Shown: positions 9,766 through 19,875, numbered from the stretch's first letter. The stretch: 64,000 bases of DNA from Ignavibacteriota bacterium (GCA_963843525.1 CAWJKM010000002.1:324669-388668); one strand, 5' to 3'. Notes: generated by a model from the letters alone, not told the origin. Numbers and translations: made by a program.

Positions 9766-10224
9766 TTAGAACCACTGTTTCTTTTGCACGACGTACGTCT
9801 GGTAGAACTCTGAATCGCTCTTGGTCAGATAGATAATCCCTTCGACAAATGCGATCACCCCCAGAATAATATTGGGAATGAACAGCATGATCCAGGTAAC
9901 CAGGAACCCAATTGTGTTGACGAGGAGGAAGACCAACGCCGGTCCGGTATAGCCAAGGTAGAACTTGTGGATGCCGATTCCTCCGAGGAATATTGCCAGG
10001 AGGCCGGCGACCGTTTTGTCCTTGGCTGCCGGTGTGGCGACACCCGGCGCGAAGTAAAGGTTGTGCGCCGAGGCACCCTGTGCCTCAAAATCGACCCACG
10101 TGCCCTTCAACGGGACACCGTCGCTCTTCCAGTCGGCGCCGGCGAAAGTATACCGGTTGCCGTCACTCCCCGAAATCGCTCCGCTGTTGCTCTGAATGGA
10201 GAAATCAAGGATTTGGCCACGCAT
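9766..10224 (-). CDS. TM2 domain-containing small membrane protein
   Basis: KDKTVAGLLAIFLGGIGIHKFYLGYTGPALVFLL followed by a second TM helix, typical of the TM2 (PF05154) family. Soluble N-terminal about 65 aa. Confidence 0.65.
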   Translation of the reverse strand: MRGQILDFSIQSNSGAISGSDGNRYTFAGADWKSDGVPLKGTWVDFEAQGASAHNLYFAPGVATPAAKDKTVAGLLAIFLGGIGIHKFYLGYTGPALVFLLVNTIGFLVTWIMLFIPNIILGVIAFVEGIIYLTKSDSEFYQTYVVQKKQWF

Positions 10225-10494
10225 GGATCATTCCTCCTGGATAGTGGGAAATCGCTGACGGGACGCAGCAGAATATACCCCAGCTTTCGGAGAAACGCAA
10301 TCGCACCCAGGCCAATCCATTACGTCGTGGTGCCTGCATTCCCGCCGGCCGCTATCGAATTCCCGACGGTTGTTCCAGATGCGCGGCGTGAGGACTTCAG
10401 TGCCAATGGCGTGTTGAAAAGGAGGAGCGATCTTCCTATTTTTGCTGTCGTTGGTGTGCATTCCTCATCAAAGGAGGATTGGTAACAACCAGCA

Positions 10495-13400
10495 ATGATC
10501 CGACCTCTTCGACGCCTGTTCCGTTCCAGATCCCTCCGAGCCCTCGGACTGGCTTTTTTATTCGGTTTGTGTTCCGTCACGGTGATCGCCGTCGGCCTCA
10601 CCCTCCATATCCCGGGCACCCCCATCTCGACGGACGTTGGCGGTGTGTTTTCAACGATCGGGTCAGCCCTCACGGGACCACTGGGGGGTGCGCTCATTGG
10701 CTTGATGACCGGGTTGATGGAGCCGGCCTCCGAGCTCCGGTTGTACGTCATCGTGGATCATATGCTGGCCGGCATATGGATGGGATCTCTGTACTGGATC
10801 ATCTTGCGACGCTATCGAACGACCGCGCAATTTCTCATTGCCTGGGTGGTGCTCGTCTTCGGGTTCTACTTTGTCGCACGCATTCCCGCATTGATCGGCC
10901 TCAAATTCCTTTCTTCTTCCACCTTTGCGCTGATTTCCGGTTCGTCGCATTCGATCCTCAGGACTCTCTACACGATTGACAGGGAGTTGCTTCCCGAGGC
11001 CGCTGTGGTTGCCGGCCTGACCGGCATTGCCCTGCTGGTGTTCCCGTCGGCGTTCCGGATGCCTGCATGGCGCAGCGCGCAGGACTATCGCCGCTATCTT
11101 GCCTACCGGATACGGACTGCCGGATCCGCGAGTTTCCCCAGATCGCTCTCAGTCCGCCTCACCGTGTGGCTCCTCCTGCTATCACTCCTGCCGGTCATGG
11201 TTCTGAGCGTGTTTGTCTGGGACGATGTAACCAATCTCGTCCAACGGCAGGCGAATCTGCGCGATGCGGAACTTGCGGAACAGCTGTCGGCGATCATTGC
11301 GGCGAGGGGGGACGCAGACGTGCTCTCGGTAGTGAAGCCTTTTAATTTGTCCCATACCAAGACGGTCTGGATCATCGACCGCGATGGATACATACTCTAT
11401 CATCCCGACTCAGTGTATGTCGGCATGTCGGCGTACCGGTTCCTCGATTCTGCGTCGGTACAGCGCGCCACAACGAGCAGGAGCGGTTCACTCGTGGATG
11501 AAAAGTTCCGGGCAACCGTCGGCTTCCATCGCCTGAAAGCCAGCAATTCCACCCTCATCGTCGTGGACCCCCAGGAATTTCTCGGGCTGATCCTCCATGA
11601 ATTCCACCGGAGTTCCTATGTCCGGCTCGGTGCAAGCATGATTCTGATCAGCATCATCGGGGGAGTCATCGTCTGGATTCTCGTCGAAATACCCATGAAG
11701 AGGCTCACGAAGGCGACCACTCAGGTCGGCAGGGGGAATTTCTCCGTGGAGGTCCGGGCTTCGGACCTCGATGATGACATCGCCGTACTGGGCGACCGGT
11801 TCAATGTCATGGTCCGGAATCTCCGGTCCCTGCGCGACGGCCTGGAAAAGGAAATCAAAGTACGGAAAGATATCGAGCAACAACTTCGGGAGAGCGAGGC
11901 AAAGTACAGAACGATCATCGAGCAATCATCGGAAGGGATTCTGCTCGTTGACAGCGAGGGGACCGTCATAGAATGCAATCGCGCCGATGAGCTGATTCTG
12001 GGCATCCCGCGGGAGGAGATCATCGGGAAGAGAACCTGGGAGATCTTTCAACCCTTTCAGCATGGAAATCGGGAAGCCGAAAACGCTGCCGATGCGCCCC
12101 GGATGGTTACGCTGGATTCCCGGAGGAACCGCTCGCTCGGGTTCGGGAATTCGACGGAAGTGGTTGTGACCAGGAACGATCGCAAAACGCTCGTTCTCCA
12201 GCAGAGTGTTTTCCCGATCAGGACGGAGGGGGGGTTGCGTATCGGAGTGATTCTGCAGGATGTCACCCGCCGGAAGGAAAACGAGGAAGCGCTGAGGAGA
12301 TCGGAGGAAAAATTCTCCCGGGTTTTCCATACATCACCCGACTCGATTACCATCACCGGACTCCTTGACGGGAAATATCTTGACGTGAACGAGGGATTCA
12401 CGCGGATCACCGGTTACCGGCCCGACGAGGTCATCGGGCGGACTTCGGGCGATCTCGATATATGGGTGGACCATACGGAGAGAGAGAACCTCGTCCTCGG
12501 GCTGAAGCAGAGCGGAGAGGTGACGGGGTTGGATGGATCGTTCAGAAGGAAGGACGGGTCAGAGGTCTACGCCCTGCTGTCCGCAAGAATCATTTCCATC
12601 GAACATCAGGATTGTCTCCTCCTGATCGCCCGGGATGTCACCGAACGGCGGCGGGCCCAGGAGGCGCTGCGGGAGAGTGAAGAGCGATTCCGAAGCGTAT
12701 TTGAACATGCAGCTGTCGGAATCTGTTATGCCTCGCTGGACGGAAACCTGTTGCGGGTCAATAACGCATTGTGTAAGATCACCGGCTACTCTGACACCGA
12801 GCTCACCACGATGAGCTTTCGCGATTTGACGACCGATGACGGGTCTGTGGCGGGCATCGACCCGATCGGTACCATGCTGGGAGAGGGGATTCCGAGTTTT
12901 ACTCTGATGCGGCAGTATAAACATAAGACCGGCCGGGCTATCTGGGTGAACATGACAATCTCCCTCATCAGAAATGCCGCCGGTCAACCGACTTCATTCA
13001 TCGGGATCATCGAAAACATCACGGAACGCAAAAAGGCGGAAGAAGAAATAGAAAAATCGCTGCACGAAAAGGAACTCCTTCTCAAAGAAATCCATCACCG
13101 GGTGAAGAATAATCTTCAAATCATCTCCAGTTTGCTGAACCTGCAATCCGAAGCGATCCGCGACTCCAACGATCGCTCGCTCTTCCGAGACAGCCAGGAC
13201 CGGATCCGTTCCATGGCGTTGATCCATGAGAAACTCTATCAGACGGAAGACTTCTCGCACGTCGATTTTCAACAGTACCTGCGAAGTCTCCTTGCTTCAT
13301 TATTCCGATCCTACCAGACGCCGTCGGTTGTCTGCGTGGAACAAATCGAAGATATCCGTCTCAACATCGACGCTGCGATCCCCTGCGGATTGATCGTGAA

Positions 13401-13665
13401 TGAACTTGTCACGAACGCGTTGAAATATGCCTTCCCCGATGGCCGGGCGGGGGAAGTGAGTGTTTCGTTCTACCGCCTCGAGGACAACCAGCTGGTGCTG
13501 GAAGTGAGCGACAACGGCATTGGCATGCCAGTCCTCGATCCCTCCAAAACCAAAGATCATCTCGGTCTGGAACTCGTCTCCATTCTCGTCAACCAGATCG
13601 GTGGGAAGCAGACTGTGCACCAGGACCAGGGAACAACCTTCCGAATCACCTTCGCTGCTCAATAG
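10495..13665 (+). CDS. Multi-PAS sensor histidine kinase, HisKA_2-type (HHRVKNNLQ) with HATPase_c; N-terminal polytopic membrane sensor plus HAMP
   Basis: Several N-terminal TM segments. HAMP-like segment TQVGRGNFSVEVRASDLDDDIAVLGDRFNVMVRNLRSL. At least 4 PAS/PAC repeats (several RESEEKF/RESEERF linkers). Phosphoacceptor HHRVKNNLQIISSLLNLQ. ATP-binding NELVTNALKYAF...DNGIGMP...GLELV. RBS AAAGGAGGA upstream of ATG 10495. Confidence 0.85.
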   Translation: MIRPLRRLFRSRSLRALGLAFLFGLCSVTVIAVGLTLHIPGTPISTDVGGVFSTIGSALTGPLGGALIGLMTGLMEPASELRLYVIVDHMLAGIWMGSLYWIILRRYRTTAQFLIAWVVLVFGFYFVARIPALIGLKFLSSSTFALISGSSHSILRTLYTIDRELLPEAAVVAGLTGIALLVFPSAFRMPAWRSAQDYRRYLAYRIRTAGSASFPRSLSVRLTVWLLLLSLLPVMVLSVFVWDDVTNLVQRQANLRDAELAEQLSAIIAARGDADVLSVVKPFNLSHTKTVWIIDRDGYILYHPDSVYVGMSAYRFLDSASVQRATTSRSGSLVDEKFRATVGFHRLKASNSTLIVVDPQEFLGLILHEFHRSSYVRLGASMILISIIGGVIVWILVEIPMKRLTKATTQVGRGNFSVEVRASDLDDDIAVLGDRFNVMVRNLRSLRDGLEKEIKVRKDIEQQLRESEAKYRTIIEQSSEGILLVDSEGTVIECNRADELILGIPREEIIGKRTWEIFQPFQHGNREAENAADAPRMVTLDSRRNRSLGFGNSTEVVVTRNDRKTLVLQQSVFPIRTEGGLRIGVILQDVTRRKENEEALRRSEEKFSRVFHTSPDSITITGLLDGKYLDVNEGFTRITGYRPDEVIGRTSGDLDIWVDHTERENLVLGLKQSGEVTGLDGSFRRKDGSEVYALLSARIISIEHQDCLLLIARDVTERRRAQEALRESEERFRSVFEHAAVGICYASLDGNLLRVNNALCKITGYSDTELTTMSFRDLTTDDGSVAGIDPIGTMLGEGIPSFTLMRQYKHKTGRAIWVNMTISLIRNAAGQPTSFIGIIENITERKKAEEEIEKSLHEKELLLKEIHHRVKNNLQIISSLLNLQSEAIRDSNDRSLFRDSQDRIRSMALIHEKLYQTEDFSHVDFQQYLRSLLASLFRSYQTPSVVCVEQIEDIRLNIDAAIPCGLIVNELVTNALKYAFPDGRAGEVSVSFYRLEDNQLVLEVSDNGIGMPVLDPSKTKDHLGLELVSILVNQIGGKQTVHQDQGTTFRITFAAQ

Positions 13666-14321
13666 TCTCATCGGTTCCGGCCCTCGGTGCCCCTCGTTCA
13701 TGCATGCGATCCTCTTCTTGAAATGCATCCGCTGTGCGGGTCGGCGGGGGTGCGAAGAAAGCCCCTGAGCCGTGTTTCCAAAAATTGAGGAAATTCAGTC
13801 CCCGAGGAACTTTTCCGCCGGGAAATTCGTAGATTGGATACCCAGAACGAGACCTACTCATACTCTATGCTTCACTTGCCCCGACGTAAATCCCTTGGTT
13901 GGGCCTTTTTTTCGTGGCTCGTGCTCTTTGCGCTGGTTGCCGACGGGGCAAACCTCGACGACTTGATGCCCGGGATGTACGTCATCCACGAATTTGGCGA
14001 TGGATTCCAATATCCGCCGCAATCGCATCGAAGCGCGGGAGGCACGTGTGCCTGTCGCCGGCTTCCGGAAGGTACCAACCACCCTTTGCGCGTGGTGTCT
14101 GATGAGGATAGCCCGTCAGAGCCGACCGAAGCATTTTTGTGCGATTTCCTCACTACCATGGTGGAGTCCAACGAAGGGATTTGCATTCAGGATAACCTCC
14201 AGGCGTCGGATTCCCTTCACCTTCTGCACCGTACGCTGCTGATTTGACCCTGCTGTTTCTCCAGTCCCCGGTTCTGCCTTCAGTTTCAGCGTCTTCACTC
14301 TTTTTCGTCGGAGCGGTTCTC

Positions 14322-15233
14322 ATGGACCTGCGCAGGATTGTTCTTGTGCTTGCGGTTCTCCACCCATTGCATGTCCGGTGCAGCGCGTACCCGCAAGACT
14401 CCGCCATCTTCTCCACGAAGTCTCTGGCGGGGTGTCCGGTTACTCTCCGGGATTCCTCCCGGGTGGATCCCGGCCGACTGGCCTGCGTGGGAACGCTGAC
14501 CCTGGCGACAGTTGTCGGAGTTCATCTCTATCAGCAGCATGCCTGGTGGCAGGGCCCGAGAGCGCCGTTCCGATTCGAAAACGATTGGGATTACGCCCTG
14601 AACATTGACAAGCTCGGACATGCCTACGGGGCCTATCTTCTTTCGCACCTCTTCGGGTATGCGTTGCAGTGGAGCGGAGTCCGTCGGGCCCCGAGTATTC
14701 TCTACGGATCGCTCCTCGGCCTCGGCTATCAATTGTATGTCGAAGTCGAGGATGGATTCCACAAAGAGTACGGGTTCAGTCCCGGTGACGCGATCGCAGA
14801 TGTGTCGGGTGCAATGGTTCCGCTTCTGCAGGAGACGTTTCCTGTCCTGAAGAGTTTCGCGTTGAAATGGAGTTACTTCCCGAGTCAGGAATATCTTGAT
14901 GCCCTCAAGCAACAACAGTCACGCGTGTTCATCGACGATTATGAGGGACAGATCTACTGGATCGCATGGACTCCCCGCGGGGCGATCGATGGTCAGAAGA
15001 TCCCCTGGTGCCCTGATTGGCTGGGAGTGTCCGTTGGTCTGGGCGCGCGTCGGTTGGATGATCCGGTGTTACGCCACCGTCTGGTCGCCGTATCGTTCGA
15101 TGTAAACCTCTCCAGAATTCACACGGGAATTGGATTCCTGGACGGACTTCTTGTCGCACTCAATCATATCCACGTCCCATCGCCCGGTTTCCGCATCGAA
15201 CAGAATAAAGTCATCTGGGGATTGGTTTACTAA
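14322..15233 (+). CDS. DUF2279-family predicted periplasmic/lipoprotein
   Basis: HAWWQG...FRFENDWDYALNIDKLGHAYGAY is characteristic of DUF2279. Start chosen at ATG 14322 (MDLRRIVLVLAVL signal-like); ORF-track start 14244. Confidence 0.6.
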   Translation: MDLRRIVLVLAVLHPLHVRCSAYPQDSAIFSTKSLAGCPVTLRDSSRVDPGRLACVGTLTLATVVGVHLYQQHAWWQGPRAPFRFENDWDYALNIDKLGHAYGAYLLSHLFGYALQWSGVRRAPSILYGSLLGLGYQLYVEVEDGFHKEYGFSPGDAIADVSGAMVPLLQETFPVLKSFALKWSYFPSQEYLDALKQQQSRVFIDDYEGQIYWIAWTPRGAIDGQKIPWCPDWLGVSVGLGARRLDDPVLRHRLVAVSFDVNLSRIHTGIGFLDGLLVALNHIHVPSPGFRIEQNKVIWGLVY

Positions 15234-15835
15234 TGAACGCACGATCATTGCGACCATTCCTCCTCGTCCTTCTGATGTTTCCCCGGTGCGCGCGGGCGGG
15301 AGGGGCTGATTCTTCATCTGTCTGGGTGCCCGGCATCTTCTTTTCCGTTGACGCTGCGGATGGTTCACTCCTCCGCAATGGGAACACGATGTTGTTCACT
15401 ATGGCACCGGGGTATGACTTCTCGCCGGTCTGTCGCATCTTGCTCTCCTTTACGACGGGTCGTCAAAATCTCAGCGCAACGTCACAACTTCCGGTGTCCG
15501 GTGCTCTTCTCTTCGGGGGGGCAGGGTTGGAAGGGAATTACCTGTTCCAAAATTCGTCAGGTTTGGATCCTTATCTTGCCGGTGGCATCGGCATATCCAC
15601 AATCCTGAATACGGAGGGCGCAGGGTATAACGGATGGTTTCTGCATTTCGGGATCGGCATTGAGCATTCGTTCGAAAGCGTTCTGGCTGTGGACGCTAAT
15701 CTTCGACTGACAGTGTGGAAGTGGCCAAACGGTGTCAGCGAGAGCCTCGGGCCGTTTGCACCGTTTCATGCAGTCTCTCTCTCTGCGGGGGTCAGAATAA
15801 TCTTCCATCCGGAATTCCACCTCTGGACCAACTAA
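15233..15835 (+). CDS. Small outer-membrane beta-barrel protein (OmpW/PagL-size, about 8 strands)
   Basis: Signal peptide MNARSLRPFLLVLLMFPRCARA. Alternating hydrophobic beta-strand pattern with glycine-rich turns. TAATG overlap with the upstream gene. Confidence 0.5.
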   Translation: MNARSLRPFLLVLLMFPRCARAGGADSSSVWVPGIFFSVDAADGSLLRNGNTMLFTMAPGYDFSPVCRILLSFTTGRQNLSATSQLPVSGALLFGGAGLEGNYLFQNSSGLDPYLAGGIGISTILNTEGAGYNGWFLHFGIGIEHSFESVLAVDANLRLTVWKWPNGVSESLGPFAPFHAVSLSAGVRIIFHPEFHLWTN

Positions 15836-15980
15836 TATGAAGATGATGCACCATCATCGGCCGCGCAGCCGGGGCAAAGAGGTCCCCTCTCTTGCAATTT
15901 CGCAGAGTTTTTTCGATCATGTGCCTTTCTCAGGGCAGAAGGCGGCTTCCTGTGATCCATCTCTCTTAGAAGACCATTCG

Positions 15981-16901
15981 ATGCACAACAGATATTCCAT
16001 GGTTCCCCGCTTGACCCTTGTGGCACTTGCGCTCCTCGTCGTTGGTTCAATGAATGTCAGGGCAGCCGTCGTCGACGACTCGTTGGGCGTTCCTTCTGCG
16101 GCCACCCAGAGTGATACCAGCACCTCCTCCCTTCGCTGGTATACGATGTTTACAAACATCCCCAGTGATTGGGTGCGATTTGCAGGCTCGACGTTCAGGA
16201 AGGAAAACATTCCCGGTTTCATCGGGATGACAATTCTGACAATAGGTCTCGTCGCGTCCGATGATGAAACGTGGACGCTTTCAAACCGGTGGTACAAAGC
16301 GCATGGTCCCACGCGCGCGCTCAGTGATTTCTTCGAGTACCTGGGAGACGGACGTCCTCAATTCACCCTCTCCGCGGCTTTCGGTGCATACGGCTTTGTC
16401 TTCGGAGACCGGAGGGCGTTGAGGACCGGAAGCCAGCTTGTTGAAGTGATTCTCTCTTGTGGATTGGTGGTCCAGGTCCTGAAGCACGTTACCGGCAGGG
16501 AGAGCCCGTTTGTTTCGACAGTTCCGGCTGGCCGTTGGGACTTATTTCCGAACCAGATTGAATATCATAAACATGTCCCTCGGTTCGATGCGTACCCGTC
16601 GGGACACATCGCAACTGCGATGGCAACAGTCACCGTAATCGCTGAGAACTACCCGGAATGGAAATGGGTCCGGCCGGTCGGATACTCAGTCTGTGCTTTG
16701 ATCGGTTTTAGCATGGCGAATACCGGGATTCACTGGTACAGTGACTATCCTCTTGGACTCTTTCTCGGTTATGCATTCGGAATAATCGTCTCGCATCCAG
16801 CGGGAGAGAAAAGGAAAGAAGAGAGTACAGGTCAGGGGTTGGTTGTTGAGCCAACGATGACCCTCAGCGGACCCGGCATCGGGATCATGTATCATTTTTG
16901 A
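15981..16901 (+). CDS. PAP2-superfamily membrane phosphatase (acid phosphatase / lipid phosphatase family)
   Basis: Three PAP2 motifs: KHVTGRESP (KxxxxxxRP), PSGHIATA (PSGH), and GIHWYSDYPLG (SRxxxxxHxxxD-like, HxxxD). Internal start 15981 chosen before the signal-like MVPRLTLVALALLVVG; the ORF-track start is 15837. Confidence 0.75.
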   Translation: MHNRYSMVPRLTLVALALLVVGSMNVRAAVVDDSLGVPSAATQSDTSTSSLRWYTMFTNIPSDWVRFAGSTFRKENIPGFIGMTILTIGLVASDDETWTLSNRWYKAHGPTRALSDFFEYLGDGRPQFTLSAAFGAYGFVFGDRRALRTGSQLVEVILSCGLVVQVLKHVTGRESPFVSTVPAGRWDLFPNQIEYHKHVPRFDAYPSGHIATAMATVTVIAENYPEWKWVRPVGYSVCALIGFSMANTGIHWYSDYPLGLFLGYAFGIIVSHPAGEKRKEESTGQGLVVEPTMTLSGPGIGIMYHF

Positions 16902-16993
16902 TCGGCCGGCGACAGATGATGATAGACACCGGGGGATCAGATGCGGGGAGATTGGGGAGTTGCCAGAGGAGAGGAGGTATCGGACAGCACCCT

Positions 16994-17974
16994 ATGCGAC
17001 ATTTGACCGTGGCAGGGATACTGCAACGCTCTTCGGGGGCCCTCGTCGTTGCATTCATCTGCGTTGCATTCCTTCGGATGATTGCAGTTGCTCAGGAGAA
17101 CGCACCGCAACAGGAGTACAGTTTTGACTCCACTCTCCAGCATGTAGCGGATTTCGATACTCTCGCCTTCGCCCATGAGGAATTGTCGACCCCGGGCCAC
17201 CACCTTGAGTGGTATGACCCGATCGTACTGCTCCCGGAGGACTGGGTATCAGCCGGCGGGATGGTGATCCAGGACAAAAGCCTGCCCGTCCTCGGCATTG
17301 TGGGCGCGACCACCGGCGCACTCCTCCTCACCGACCGGTTGACATTTCACGCTACGAGAACTTTTTACGGAAATCATTCGTTTGTTCAAAATGTAAGCAG
17401 CGTCTTTGTTCATCTCGGCGAAGGCACCACCCATATGGGTATCGCCGCCGGATTCGGGTTGTATGGTTTGCTGGGAAAAGACGAGCGGGCTCTGAGAACC
17501 GCAAGCGAGATCACCGAGGCCCTGTTGTCGACCGGCATTGCCGTTCAGGTTCTGAAAAGGATCAGTGGACGGGAAAGTCCGCAGATGGCGATCGGCGGGA
17601 CCAGCAGGTGGCGGCCTCTCCCGGGACTGGCGGTCTATCAGAAGAACCAGCCACGGTATTACTCCTTCCCGTCTGGGCACATTGCGACCGCTATGGCAAC
17701 ATTGACCGTCATCGAAGAGAACTATCCGGAATTGCACTGGCTCAGACCTGCGGGGTATGGAATTTTGGCGGGGCTCGGCATAAGCCTGGTGAACATTCGA
17801 TATCACTGGTTCAGCGATCTTCCCCTGGGGATGCTTCTCGGGTACACTTTCGGAGAGATTGCCTCTCATCATGACGGGGGAGCGGAACACGAGACTCCCG
17901 CCCATGCACGGATGTTTCTGACCCCAATGTTGGAGCGGAGCGGGGCCGGGGTGTCTTTCGCGTTGGTGTACTAA
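16994..17974 (+). CDS. Second PAP2-superfamily membrane phosphatase (tandem paralog)
   Basis: KRISGRESP, PSGHIATAMATL and RYHWFSDLPLG motifs. About 45% identical to the upstream PAP2 over the catalytic region. Confidence 0.75.
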   Translation: MRHLTVAGILQRSSGALVVAFICVAFLRMIAVAQENAPQQEYSFDSTLQHVADFDTLAFAHEELSTPGHHLEWYDPIVLLPEDWVSAGGMVIQDKSLPVLGIVGATTGALLLTDRLTFHATRTFYGNHSFVQNVSSVFVHLGEGTTHMGIAAGFGLYGLLGKDERALRTASEITEALLSTGIAVQVLKRISGRESPQMAIGGTSRWRPLPGLAVYQKNQPRYYSFPSGHIATAMATLTVIEENYPELHWLRPAGYGILAGLGISLVNIRYHWFSDLPLGMLLGYTFGEIASHHDGGAEHETPAHARMFLTPMLERSGAGVSFALVY

Positions 17975-18053
17975 GTGTGCCGGGAAGAACCACTCTCCGC
18001 GCTCTTGCTGAGACGATACGAACACACAAGACAGAAGAAAGGATGCAAAGCAA

Positions 18054-18623
18054 ATGAATCGACGTTCAGTGCTGGCAATAATCGTCATCACCGCCGCGAT
18101 GGTGATTGTCGGATGCAATAAGAAGAACGCGGGTGGTGCCAACAGCGCATTGCTCGGACAGAGCAGCGGCTCGGTGGCGGGATTGACGTGGGGGGTTCCG
18201 AGTGCATGGTTAGCCCAGGGGCAGAGGCCGATGCGTGCCGCGACCTATGGCGTCCCTGCCGCCGAGGGAGACACGGAGGGAGGGGAGTGCGCCGTGTTTT
18301 ATTTCGGCAACGATCAGGGGGGGACTGTTGACGCAAATATCGATCGGTGGGTCGGCCAGTTTGAACAGGCTGCCGCGCCCACGCGCGGCACAAAGGAAGT
18401 GAACGGCATGAAAGTCACGACGGTCGAAATCGCAGGCTCCTACCTTGCGCCCAGCGGACCGATGATGATGCCTTCCGGAAAGAAAGACAATTTCAAGTTG
18501 CTCGGTGCGATAGTCGAAGGGGCTGAAGGCTCGGTATTCTTCAAATTTACCGGTCCAGCCAAGACCATCGACACCTCCACACCGGAATTCAATGCGATGA
18601 TCGAATCAATCCGGAAGCAGTGA
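18054..18623 (+). CDS. Hypothetical lipoprotein
   Basis: Lipobox IVGC after a hydrophobic signal (MNRRSVLAIIVITAAMVIVGC). No recognisable catalytic motif. Confidence 0.55.
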   Translation: MNRRSVLAIIVITAAMVIVGCNKKNAGGANSALLGQSSGSVAGLTWGVPSAWLAQGQRPMRAATYGVPAAEGDTEGGECAVFYFGNDQGGTVDANIDRWVGQFEQAAAPTRGTKEVNGMKVTTVEIAGSYLAPSGPMMMPSGKKDNFKLLGAIVEGAEGSVFFKFTGPAKTIDTSTPEFNAMIESIRKQ

Positions 18624-18700
18624 CCGTATGTCGGGCGATGGGCAGGAAGCAAGGAGATCGGAACGCGCACGCGCCTTTACGATCTCTTCGCTCCCTGCTC

Positions 18701-18994
18701 TCATTCCCTCTTTTTTGCGGCCCCTTCAATCCTCTCGAGCAGCGTGAAGTCCAGGTCCGTTATACCCCCGGCGGAATGAGTTGAAAGGTCAACGGTGACC
18801 CTATTGTACACATTCGACCATTCTGGATGATGGTTCATCCCCTCGGCGATGACGGCCACACTGGCCATAAACCCGAAAGCTCCCGAAAAATCGTCGAACA
18901 GGAATTCCCTATGCAGCTTGCCATTCACCACTGTCCATCCTGGATGGGACTCCAGTTTTCCGCCCACCGTATCCGCGTCTAGCCGTTGAGGCAT
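18701..18994 (-). CDS. Pterin-4a-carbinolamine dehydratase (PCD/DCoH, PhhB-like)
   Basis: 97 aa. WTVVNGKLHREFLFDDFSGAFGFMASVAVIAEGMNHHPEWSNVYNRVTVDLSTH matches the PCD/DCoH fold motifs (E-x-HHP-x5-Y). Confidence 0.8.
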   Translation of the reverse strand: MPQRLDADTVGGKLESHPGWTVVNGKLHREFLFDDFSGAFGFMASVAVIAEGMNHHPEWSNVYNRVTVDLSTHSAGGITDLDFTLLERIEGAAKKRE

Positions 18995-19155
18995 TGTCCA
19001 TTCCCTCCCTTTCCCACACCAACCTCCCGAAGGCGCTGGAGGTTCCCCTGGCCTCCGGTTGATTCTCGCTGAAAGAAACCGTACAATTTCACACCTTCCG
19101 TATGTACTACCTGCATATCCGATCGGACACCACTACGACAGCCAAAGGAGAAACT

Positions 19156-19875
19156 ATGACGGAAGAAGCTGCTAAGGCTCAACTCCAGGCACCACCACAG
19201 GCAAGAAAATGGGTCGACAATATTGCGGCAGTATCGACCGCCCTCATTGCGCTGGCAACTCTTCTCAACTGGTTCTTCGGGCGAGAACGGTCCTTCCCGG
19301 CCTGGTTTTTCTATGTGCTGACGATTCTCATCGTCGTCATCCTGTTCAAGTACTTCGAGGAATCCATCAGGCGATTTTTCCAGAGCCTGGCACTGCGAAG
19401 CTACATTCGCGAAGCGCACTTCAAACTTCTGGATAACCTTCAGCGGTTCAACGAGCTTGTCGGCCAACGGAATGATGAATCAATTATCCATGTGATCGAG
19501 ACCATCGCGACCCGGAGAGGAAAACCGGTCGTCGACCGTGACCTGTACCCCTATGCAGACATGCTGGTGCAGAACATTCTCCTGAAATTGTCTGAATCGG
19601 GGAAGTCGCTCTCGGCCGGAGAGTTCAAGGGGGTCATGAACGACCTGACGACGCTCATAAAGTTCTGCACATATTTTTACTACAAGAAGCCGTTTCACCT
19701 CGATCGTGCCATCGATCTTACCAAGGAGGAAATCAAGGAATTTGAATTTGCCCGGGAGAATTTCGCGGACTTCCTCCGGCGTTTCCAGATCTTCTTTGAT
19801 GAAGTGAACGGGAGGTTTGGCACTACAACCCGGGGGCATTTCGAGATCCCGAAGCCGCTTTCCCCCGGAGCCTGA
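19156..19875 (+). CDS. Hypothetical membrane protein (2 N-terminal TM helices plus about 170-aa cytoplasmic domain of unknown function)
   Basis: ATG 19156 has RBS AAAGGAG 7 nt upstream. TM segments IAAVSTALIALATLLNWFF and FFYVLTILIVVILF. No recognisable domain. Confidence 0.5.
   Translation: MTEEAAKAQLQAPPQARKWVDNIAAVSTALIALATLLNWFFGRERSFPAWFFYVLTILIVVILFKYFEESIRRFFQSLALRSYIREAHFKLLDNLQRFNELVGQRNDESIIHVIETIATRRGKPVVDRDLYPYADMLVQNILLKLSESGKSLSAGEFKGVMNDLTTLIKFCTYFYYKKPFHLDRAIDLTKEEIKEFEFARENFADFLRRFQIFFDEVNGRFGTTTRGHFEIPKPLSPGA

Noticed and set aside
14295-14915. 206-aa minus-strand ORF antisense to DUF2279
   Set aside because: R-rich spurious antisense frame.
17249-18142. 297-aa minus-strand ORF
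   Set aside because: Antisense to the second PAP2 gene. Low-complexity, with no start context.
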